32,000 nt of DNA from Wallemia ichthyophaga EXF-994 (Eukaryota; Fungi; Basidiomycota), in contig NW_008806290.1 of assembly GCF_000400465.1 (NCBI RefSeq), positions 120,001 through 152,000 of the forward strand, given 5' to 3'. Within the stretch, counting starts at the first letter, position 1. Every line of letters starts with the position of its first letter. The position numbers were made by a program, and so were the translations under genes. This document shows positions 1 through 9,277 of the stretch, piece by piece. The notes under the pieces are model-generated. The model was given only the letters and a program-made list of their open reading frames with translations, was not told the origin of the DNA and ran no database searches.

Positions 1-2009
1 CATTACCGAAAGCTTCACTCGCCTTTATGCAATGCTGTTGGTTGGTAGATACGTCAAAGCAGTAGCAAACGTAGACTGAGTCAACAGTGCTCGTTAAAAG
101 ATCACACCACATTCTGATAGCGCTGTAGGTGAGCCATCCGGCAACTATTGCTATTATCGGTGAATGTAGTGATTGGTTCAAGTAATGAGCACAGTATATA
201 AATCCAGCTACTGCGCTAAGTAGAGATACTGTAATTGCAAATAATCTAATAGTAGTCTTTACTAGTAGATCATCCATCAAGCCCTTCACTTCACGCCTAT
301 TGACTAACTGTTTGACACGTTTGGCAGATGGCGTAAACGCTTCACCCGTTATTCCAACATGAATTAGTGCGTAATTCGATATATGATCTATAAACCCAAG
401 CGTCATAGCTGCAACCATGCTGATCGCTGTGAACACGATTGATACTGGATGAAAACGCGTAATTCCACTGTTGTTAAGATTGCGCAACCGCACTAATACT
501 CTCACGAGCAAGCTAGCAGTGGTGAGAATTATTGATGCCAAGCAAATACTTCCAAATGAAGCATGAGTTGATCTGTAAAAAGAATTGCTGACGATTATGT
601 GCGGTGATGGTTGATGCGGATCGTGTCTATTGAAATACCAAGCACCCAGAACACCACTCGTAGTGACGGCAGCTATACCCCGTAACAATCCCCATGTCCA
701 GAAACCAACGAGAATAACATAAGCTACCAACAAGTCTGATGACGTATTTACGTGCCAAATCAAACCGCTGTCATTACTATCCCAATGCCCTATTCTCAGC
801 AGCTTATAAACTAGCCATGCATAAGGTATTGAGAGCAGTGTTGAAAAGAGTGTGAGTCCCAGGTGGTATATGATTAGTGTTGGGTGCTCAAGTATCACTT
901 GCGATGACAACTCGACGATTTTTATTGAGCGCTTAAGTTTATGCCTTCTTATATAGAGAGTACGGCTGAACCATACTATTATTATCATGGGTATAAGTGA
1001 AAAGACACGTAGGCTTTAGTGAAGTTAGCGTGCACGAACAATTGAAAGCCCACGTACCCAGTGCTCTGCCACCACGATGACCAACTAGAGTCAGACTCAT
1101 CGTCATCAATGAAAGAGCCTGCAAATGCCCAGGTAGAGCTTCCTAGCAAACCGAACAGGATGACAGCGATTGCAGTATACAGTATCGGTGTGATTGCGTT
1201 TTTGAGGATTATTAGATGCATAGCACCCAGAAGTAATGCTATGGTTGTCAACGCGACGAGCAGAGGTGTCGAATGTAAGAGGGTTGTCGTGATGAATGGT
1301 GTTGCGTTCGGTGGCGGTATCGCGGTATCCTTAGCGTGTAGTTAGATTCGTAAGCTCTTAGAAGAAAGACACTAACATTATTCCGAAATAATGTAAAGAT
1401 ACCTATACTTATAACGGATATTATAGAAAATCCATATGTGACTATAAAGGGAGCGTCGCGATATTTTCTAATTGGCGTACGAGTAATTGAAGGGACTGTA
1501 GGTGTGGGTGCTGGGCTTTGTATAAATAACTGATGCGGCTGCTGCTCGTCTTCCTCTATGTCGTCATTGTGATCGCCTTGTGGCCGATTTAGTAAAGGCT
1601 GAGATAACTGAAGCTCAATCTCTTCTTGTGGTTCTGGTTCTGGCTCTGGCGTAGGTGGCTTATGGAAGCTTAATTTTGACTGGTTAGTGAATAGAGATTG
1701 TGCTTGGTTGATGTGATTTGGGTCAGGGGTAGATACTCCAGATCGCTGTGAACCTGTTGAACGATTGAGGTGTTCGTTAGGAGACGGGGATCGCGATTCT
1801 GAGGCTGGCGTAGAGTTTCTGTTCAGTGTCGACTGCTGGAGGTGCGCCATTTCCTGTTCAATCTCGTCATCGTTCATCCACGGCCCTTGATTTGAGCATC
1901 TATCGTCGTAATTGGCGTGAAATATCGGTGAATGACCTGAGCTTGCACCTAATATCCGTGAACTCAGGAATTTTGAAGCATACGCCGTGAAATTGTTTGA
2001 ATTGTCCAT
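1..2009 (-). CDS. Choline transporter-like (CTL/Pns1/SLC44 family) multi-pass membrane protein; 3' end runs off the window
   Basis: ATG at 2009 (MDNSNNF...) and a disordered acidic N-terminus. Introns 1330-1376 and 1014-1057 join the ORFs into a run of hydrophobic helices with CTL-like motifs (TTSGVLGAWYF, SFGSICLASII, SNYALIHVGITGEAFTPSAK, STVDSVYVCY). Confidence 0.8.
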
Positions 2010-2367
2010 GACCGTATCAATCAACGAGGCTTTGACGGTGTCATATATCACCTCAATGATATCACCAAATGAATTATAGGTCTCTGTAGCTATCACTTCG
2101 CTTGCACAGCAATTGTGTGATTTAATCTCTTATCACCACAAGTTGCTTCATTGATACGATTACACGAATTCATTCAAAATGATTTAGTACAATTATTTGA
2201 TGATTCTATTACTTGGAATATACTCTAATTCCAGCACCCGCATCGATTTCACCCAATCACATGTGTATTACTCTTATCGTACTTTGAACCAGCGCAATGA
2301 AAAAGATCGACATTAGCAAATCATTTTGACAGATTCTTGATCTGTTAGCAAAAGACAGGCAAAATGT

Positions 2368-2371
2368 AAAA
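2368..2371 (-). terminator. Candidate Pol III terminator (T4) after the permuted tRNA trailer; further T4 tracts near 2361-2364 and 2350-2353, and T5 at 2300-2304
   Basis: Minus strand reads ...CGGTTTCC-TTTT-ACATTTTGCCTGTCTTTTG directly after the tRNA 5' half. T4 is a weak terminator in yeasts, so the real end may be at the T5. Confidence 0.45.
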
Positions 2372-2379
2372 GGAAACCG

Positions 2380-2457
2380 TACGAGTCAGGCGCTCTAACC
2401 CCTGAGCTAAAAGCGCTGGGTTGCGCCTTCGCGGATTTGAACCGCGGACCTCCTGAT
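2380..2457 (-). tRNA. tRNA-Thr(CGU): Circularly permuted tRNA-Thr(CGU): 3' half (38-73) at 2457-2422, 5-nt linker ACCCA at 2421-2417, 5' half (1-37) at 2416-2380
   Basis: The rejoined 73-nt sequence GCGCUUUUAGCUCAGGGGUUAGAGCGCCUGACUCGUA|AUCAGGAGGUCCGCGGUUCAAAUCCGCGAAGGCGCA folds into a complete cloverleaf. Acceptor GCGCUUU/AAGGCGC (7 bp, one GU), D stem GCUC/GAGC, anticodon stem CCUGA/UCAGG, loop CU-CGU-AA, T stem CGCGG/CCGCG with UUCAAAU loop. G15-C48, the Thr identity pairs G1-C72 and C2-G71, and A73 are present. Confidence 0.9.
2433..2443 (-). promoter_or_regulatory. Pol III B box (GGTTCAAATCC) in the tRNA 3' half
   Basis: Exact match to the GGTTCRANTCC consensus. Confidence 0.85.
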
Positions 2458-2478
2458 AGATCGTCGGCAAGTGCTTAA

Positions 2479-2489
2479 CCACTAGACCA
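2479..2489 (-). promoter_or_regulatory. Pol III A box (TGGTCTAGTGG) in the leader upstream of the permuted tRNA
   Basis: Matches TRGYNNANNGG and lies 35 nt before the B box, close to the spacing in an intronless tRNA gene. Confidence 0.7.
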
Positions 2490-2924
2490 CGTTTCCATAA
2501 AAACAATCTTTATCATAACAATATATTATCAGGACTTTTTCCTGTATCATAATTGCTGCTAAATTGAGCAAGATGGCTGTTTTATTACCCTTTACGAGTT
2601 CTTAAAACCGCAATTGACTACGTACCAAAGATACTCCGATGGTTCAGCGTAACTGAGAACCACCAACAATTCATAAATTGCGACGCTAGTCAAGAAACAC
2701 TTCCAGTAAATTCAGTACCCCCTTTGACTTCCTTCATGGTTTAATATTTATTGATGGACGCAGTTTTTAACATTTATCGTCTTAACAATATATTCAGATT
2801 TCATCATCAGCAAGATTGGTATGGTTCTGCAACTGTTAATTCTGCAGTAAATTTGAGAGTAGTTTTAACGTGAACAGTGTAGTGAAGTGCTCTGTACTGG
2901 TCCAGGTAGATGTGACATGCTTCA

Positions 2925-3560
2925 ATGAGTAAATCTTGGTATATAATATGGTTTCACTTCAAATCACTTCGACAAGACCTTACTGTAAGATGGATCAAGA
3001 ACGATTTCACAGTACAAGTCTACGAAATTCACGCAAGACTAGCTTTAGAGAATGGCGACTTAGGTGAATACAATCAATGCGCTGCTAATTTACAACCTCT
3101 TTATCAATTAAATCTTATGGGTAACAAATTAGAGTTTATAAGCTACCAAATTCTATACCTATGTTATAGCAGTAACTGGTCAGCGGCGAATGTACTTGTT
3201 GGACTGTTGTCAAACGAAAAGAAAGAAGCTTATGAGATAAAGCACGCTTTAAAGATACGTTCATCACTACTTACTAACAAATATCATCTCTTCTTCAGAT
3301 TAAATTAAGATTAGTTAAATATGTCTGCTTACAGTATTGATATTTTCGTTGAAAGAGAAATGTTGAAGGCATTGATAATAATAACTAAGGCTTACATAAA
3401 GATACCATTATCCTTTATAAATAATGAGCTCAAATTCGAAAATACTACGGCAGTAGAAATCTTTTAAAGCAACTCGGCGCTGTTAGCTGTTTCAAAAGGA
3501 GCGCCGTTGGTGTCACAAACAATGGCGTGCCATCAGACCATGAAAAGATGCTTCTTTGTA
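2925..3560 (+). pseudogene. SAC3/GANP/THP3 (LENG8-like) PCI-domain gene remnant with in-frame stops
   Basis: ORF has FKSLRQDLTV..IKNDFTVQVYEIHARLALENGDLGEYNQC, typical of Thp3/LENG8. The same frame continues through TAA (3306-3308) and TAG (3312-3314) into LNMSAYSIDIFVEREMLKAL...TKAY, which is also family-like, and then meets another TAA. No intact N-terminus was found. The right boundary is approximate. Confidence 0.7.
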
Positions 3561-4421
3561 TAAATTTCCATCTAATACTGGATTGCTGCTAAGTGCCTTT
3601 TACGTCTAGCGTTGTCTCAACCTTCTTCACACCCCAATTAATTGAAATGTCGAAATGCGACAGGTGAAGCCAAATTCGCGATTTCATAGTCGGGCTGAAC
3701 CCTAATTTCTTGAAATAAACTGTATTCAATAGTCGTACGAGCATTGATCCTGAATGAAATTAGTTTCCCCGGATCCAATTTTAATTCCCATGGACGCTAA
3801 GTGTCCGAAAAAGTAAATCACGTTTATAGAGCAAATTAGCTGATATGTTTAGCAGCTTGCGGTCTATAAAAGTCAAAATGGATTTTATCATCGATCAAGC
3901 TCGTGGTATCTCTTGTATCTATCCTTTAGCATGCTACAGAGCGATGTCGGATAACAACTTCCGAACAGCCTGCAAGACTCAATTGAAAGCTCCCAGGGCT
4001 TGCCCTCTAATCGATACACACACGTAGATGGTAAATCTACAAATCCAACTCGGTAAATATTGAGCGGAGGCTAACAAGGAGATAAATTTGGAATGCTGAA
4101 GATACCATAAAAATGATGGTGTCGCTATATTGTTCAAATTGACAGTATATCATATCTCTGAGTTCGTCCTCTCACTTATTTTGCCGTTTGCGAGATGCCT
4201 CGAGTAGCTTGTATACTATATAGTGTGTCTTGCTGATTTCAGACATCTGTAGCACTATTTCAAACACCCAAACACCATGCCAAGTTAAGATCTTATCGGT
4301 GCTGTGCTTCGAAGGCACAAATTGTAAGCGACCAAAGGAAGCAAATAAATATTCAAATCTGTGTTACATGATTAATTTCAAAATACAAGCATAGAACTTG
4401 GTTGGTTTCAAATAGCGAAGC

Positions 4422-7192
4422 TTATTTGCTACCCTTACCGCGTGACGCGCTAGCCTTGCCGCGTTTTGATGCAGCTGGCTTTTTTGGTTGTTTGACAAGC
4501 TTATCAGCAGTAACATCGTCATTTTCATCGTCTTCCTCTTCCTTAACATCTACAACGTTATCATCCTCATCATCCAATACGTCTTCGTGGTCCGGTACCT
4601 CAGCCTTAATTTGGGCGGCTGATGGTTTAATGACTTGACCGCGAGAAAATGCAATAGGGTGGTCTCTGTTATTGTAGCTGTTGCGAGATGGTTAACTACC
4701 AATCATCCCTTAGTGATTGACTTACTTTCTCGTGAATGCAGTTTTGTTCTTCGTGGGTATACATTTCACTGTCTTTTCAAGAGCCAAATCACCAACACCT
4801 AGCTCAGACATAACATCAAAGTCGTCCTTAGAAAGCATATAATTGTCCAGCAAGTTGATAACACTATCAATATCAGGCTAAAATGGTTAAGCGTTAGTGA
4901 CTTGGAGTGTAATTATTTGGATACGTACGACACTCTCTGTCAATGGGTTAAACATCCTTGGCCACAATGTTGGATAGTAGTACTGTCTAATTTCGTCACG
5001 ATCACCACTAACCTTGACTCTCATTTTTGCTTGAATTTCACCCAAAGCTCTGATATTCTTGTTTGTTTTCGAATATTGACCAAGCCACATTGGGAAACTG
5101 ATCGTATCTCTACCAAAGCTTTTAAATCCACCGTACATAAAGGAAGCAGGTCGGACAGTAGAGTTCATGGCATGTAAAGGCATTAAACCCCATTGTTGTT
5201 GTGAGCTATAAGCAATTTGAGCTTTGAATGAGGCTTTTAAAAAGAAAGACACACCCATGGATCATGGAATCGACCAAATCACCATCAGAAATAGCATCTG
5301 CAGCTTTACTGGCATACTTCATGCGCTTAAACTCAGCTTTCTCATTATTTGAATCTCTTGCTTTGGCAGGATTGCATTTGACGTAGTTTTCCTAATCGAT
5401 TGAGTTTTGCTTACTAGATATTGCAAGCTACTTACCTGAACGAAAAGTGGTATTAAGCTATGATCATGGAAATAATAATCAGCCTTCGATCCAAGGGTGC
5501 TAGTGCTAGTTGCACCAAACATGTGTGGACTGAAGAGATTGGACATGACAGTCCAAGGTGTTTGGATGGTAAACTTTTGATTCTGTTGAACCCTTGAAGA
5601 AAATTGTCAGCCAAAAGATAGACAGTGGAACTTCTAAACTAACAGTTCTTTGCCTTGATCAAAATTCATTGAACTAGACAGTAATTTCCATGTTGAAATC
5701 ATGTTGATGACTTGTCTGATATCTGACTGAGAACCACTCACAAGCTGATCAACAACAACAGGGTCCAATTTCATTTTTTCTCTAAAGCAAGTCAATAAAG
5801 TGGAGTGTTGAGGTATATAGAGTCGCACCTGTGAAGGATAGACATGATGCGAGATCTCACTTGAGTGGCTTCTGGTCTTCTAAAAACAATGTCACCACAT
5901 GTCGATTGAAACGGTCTCATTTTTGGATTCGCCTTGTCATTACATATGCAAATGATAGGAATCTTAATAGAGTGAGACGGATTGTTGGAAAGTAAACCAA
6001 CGTACCCTAGTCTTTCTAATAAGAGTGTTCATAGCACCAACACCTCCTCTGTCTCCTGAAGACATACCGTCGCACTCATCAAAAATCAAGCAAGTGGAGT
6101 GATTGAGAGGATGAGTCTCAGACTAATTAGAGTGTTAGGAATTGTACGAAGAGACCTAGCGTAGACGAACGTTGCTACCAAAAAAGCTATCAATAGAAGT
6201 ATTGTCGATGTTGGTGGTGTTTTCAATCAGCTTCTTACTTCTGACGTCACTGGCGTTTAGTTCAAGAGGTGAGAAGCCAGCGATCTTGGCTGCTAAATGA
6301 GCTGCAGTAGTCTTTCCTATTCCAGGAGCGCCATGAACAAGAAGCGCTCTCTTGGATTTGATATCATTCTTTGAATTGTCAGAGGGAAAACCCGCCTGTA
6401 ATTGATGTTGCCTGGATGATTTTAAAGGAGTGATGAAATTAACGGGAGACATACCAATTTTGCAACCAATTCAAAATCTTTTCTACTTGACCTTTGTTAC
6501 CGCAGATATCTTTGAGCTGAGTGGGGGCGTATTTGACAGTCCAAAGTTGAGAGTTTGGTGAGGTAGATTCAAAGGATGAGCTGGGAGATTGGATAAGAAA
6601 GATGATGGAAAGAAAAGACTATAACGCACGCTTTTGAAGAGCGTTTATCTTTAGCTTTCTGTTCTTTCTCGATGGCTTCCATCTCTTCAGCGTCTTTCTT
6701 AACCTTAGCTTCATCTTTCTTTACTTTGTTGAGATAAGAAGGGTCTTGCGAAGGAGAAGTAGTCGCAATCAAGTTACAGAAGCCGTCTTCATCGAGAGTT
6801 TTAAGGCCTTTATCTTGTATAGTCTGTAGCTTCTTTGGGCCAGGCTCTCTGCCCAAAATGACATACGAAGTTTTACCGGAAGGTGCGGCAGTGACCTTAG
6901 CGCCATAACGCTTAGCCGCCTCAACAGCAGAATCACGGCCGACGTTATCTAGTTCACCGGTGAAGACGAGAGTAAGGCCACTCAAGCAACCAGGAGCGCC
7001 CTCTGGGATAGATTTAGAGCCAAGACTTTCAGGCCCAGGGCGTTGGAGGTAATCTTTGTAAGAGAAGGAGGAGGCAGGCGCGGAAGACGAAGCAGAAGAC
7101 TTGGATTTCTTTTGAGGAGAATTCTTCTGCTTAGGAGGAGGAACGTCTTCATCGCTATCAGAGATAACGACCGTCTTGCGTTTCGGGGCCAT
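4422..7192 (-). CDS. RFC1: Replication factor C large subunit (multi-exon)
   Basis: BRCT domain (GLTLVFTGEL...AKRYGAKVT..PSGKTSYVILG), Walker A GAPGIGKT, LELNASDVRSK, DECDGMS..DRGG, IPIICICND, QSDIRQVIN and the RFC1 C-terminal FPMWLGQYS. Stop at 4422-4424. Confidence 0.95.
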
Positions 7193-7232
7193 TATCGTGG
7201 AGGTGAGAGATAAAAGTAAATAAATTACATGA

Positions 7233-8173
7233 TTACAACTTTCTAATTTGATTTTTGTTCAAATTAAAGCCAGCCAGTAAGCCGCCTAAATTGCCTTGAT
7301 TGAACAAACCCTTAGCGCCAGCGACGTGTTGAATGAATCTGTAGATGTGTTAATGGATGCGTGCGACTGATTACATACCAACCTGTCGTTACCAGAGATG
7401 ATAAAGTTGAAATCCTTCAAATCAAACTTATTGTTATTATCAAAGTAGCTCCACCAACTGCCACCCAAGCCTAGAGATTGTTTCAATTTATACATATCTA
7501 AATGTCCTTCTTTTGAAGAATTGATAAAATTCAAATGCAAGTTACCAAACTTCCTACTCATATCCAGCAAATCAGATTTAAAATACGTAGATTCTTCATT
7601 CGTTGAGCTGTAGATAAGGTGGATTTGTTTGTTTGAGTTTGTCGACAGCAATGAATTTATAGATTGCATTGCAGGTGTGATAGCTGTACCACCAACTATG
7701 AATACTAAGTTATTCCTATCAAACATATTCAAATCGAATGATAAATTTGGGCCTCTAAGCTCAATTTCATCATTTGGTTTTAAGTTGTTTATATAGTTTC
7801 CAATCTCTGAGTTCTTGTAAAGCTTCACTAGTAACTCAATCTCTCTTGTGTCTTTTGTAATAGGTTTAAGGGGCGTGTATGGTCTCTCTGTTTGGATAAA
7901 CGGCTGCTTGACCCAGATGTGGTGTATAATTGATAAAAAGTCATTCGGAAATTTATCACTTGGGATGGCAACTTTCAGCAATTTTGCATCCTCAGTGATT
8001 TTATCGACTTTATTCAATTTAAACTTTGAATATTGATAAGGATCTAAGTTTTCCTTCAAACTTGTATCATATTTTGGCATTGGTATTGTTAAATAGAGCG
8101 TTAGACTGACAGTTGATAGCCCTAGTACTCCCATCGATATTCCTCCTACGCGTCTCATAGTACTCCTGCTCAT
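7233..8173 (-). CDS. Mitochondrial NADH-cytochrome b5 reductase-like flavoprotein (Cyc2/Mcr1 type)
   Basis: N-terminal membrane anchor, RPYTP FAD motif and GGTAITP NAD motif. One late intron joins SGND-R-FIQHVAGAK...QGNLGGLL. The start (8173) is the likely Met, not proven. Confidence 0.85.
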
Positions 8174-8199
8174 CGTATCAAACAGAGAATAATTTTCAT

Positions 8200-9204
8200 T
8201 CATTGAACCGGTTTACGTAGCCAAATTATATAATTACACCAGTTGGTCGCTGGTATTGACGGATCCATTAGATTCCAACGGTTTGAAATTGGATTATACG
8301 TCATTCCGTTTATTTCACCTTTTAGTCTATTTAATATTGGCGTTGAATCTACTAAAGATATCAATGATTGGTCGTCTATTGTAACATCGTTCGGTTTCAA
8401 CCAGCCAACTTGATCTCTGAAAAACTCAACCATCTCTATTGGTTTGATATACTTGTTATAATTATGTGTACCTTTGGATACCAAGCCTAAAACATCCTCA
8501 GCCATTGTAATCGTTAAAAGCTTTGATAAAGGTGTACGCGATATCGTTGATATGAACATATGTCCACCGGGCTAAGCTTTATCGTTAAATAAGGGTTTAT
8601 ATAACACCATATCACCCACTTTAACCAAATCTGTGCACGTCTTTAAGAAATCCGCTGCTTTGTCCACATGCTCAATGACTTCCATCGCACAAACTAAGTC
8701 AAATGACTCTTTTCGCGTCTTCAACAGCTCTTCCGCTGCTGAATATTTGTACTCCAAATTGCTCTGATTGAAGTATGGGTCCTGCTTCGAATGCAACTCA
8801 GCCATTTTGATATTAGCTTCGGTGACATCAATTCCAGTAGTGGTAGCACCCAATCTAGCCAATGTCTGATAACGGTGTTAGAAAATAAAGCAAGCTAAGC
8901 GTTAATATTCAACCTCTGATAGTAAACCGCCGCCGCAACCAATATCTAACGCTGTCAACCCACTTAGAGTATTTACATCTTTAAACTGCCTATTACTTCG
9001 TATTGCGTCTTCCCTTCTAGCGTTGTTGATATTCTTCAGTATAAATTCAGCTCTAACTGGGTTCATCTTATGAAGCAATCCAAACTCTCCAGATTCATCC
9101 CACCAATGCTTGGAAAGCTTTGAGAAGAAATCAACTTCATGCTTATTTACTGTTGAGTACAGCCTGGAGTTATTTGTGATCCTCCTGATTGATCCACTCA
9201 ACAT
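8200..9204 (-). CDS. COQ3: Ubiquinone biosynthesis O-methyltransferase
   Basis: Mitochondrial presequence, EVDFFSKLSKHWWDESGEFGLLHKMNPVR, SAM motif ALDIGCGGGLLSE, FDLVCAMEVIEHV and PGGHMFISTISRT. Two short introns. Confidence 0.95.
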
Positions 9205-9277
9205 GATCCTCAACGTCGTCTCACAACCGTATAAATAGCGTAATTTACATTTATTATACAAACAAATTAATATCTGA

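Noticed and set aside
2336-2382. Spliceosomal-intron-like string starting in the anticodon (GTACGG...GCTAAC-AGATC-AAG, 47 nt, minus strand)
   Set aside because: It resembles local introns, but splicing would destroy the anticodon, and there is no evidence of a Pol II transcript here. Probably chance; RNA-seq junctions would settle it.
2422-2496. Reading the locus as an ordinary linear tRNA (leader plus 3' half) or a simple tRNA pseudogene
   Set aside because: The acceptor stem pairs 1/7 and the anticodon loop is 10 nt without U33. The downstream 5' half pairs fully with the same 3' half, so the permuted reading explains the data far better.
2589-2742. PLRVLKTAIDYV as a possible displaced N-terminal piece of the THP3-like gene
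   Set aside because: Similarity is only a few residues and would require an insertion of roughly 250 bp. Not supportable without an alignment.
2690-2815. Minus-strand ATGATGA...CTGA suggesting a C/D snoRNA
   Set aside because: No recognisable rRNA or snRNA guide and no terminal stem; such boxes occur by chance in AT-rich DNA.
3259-3298. Possible intron (GT...CTAAC...CAG) rescuing the THP3-like frame
   Set aside because: It would delete conserved coding residues (RSSLLTNKYHLFFR), and all three frames hit stops right after it.
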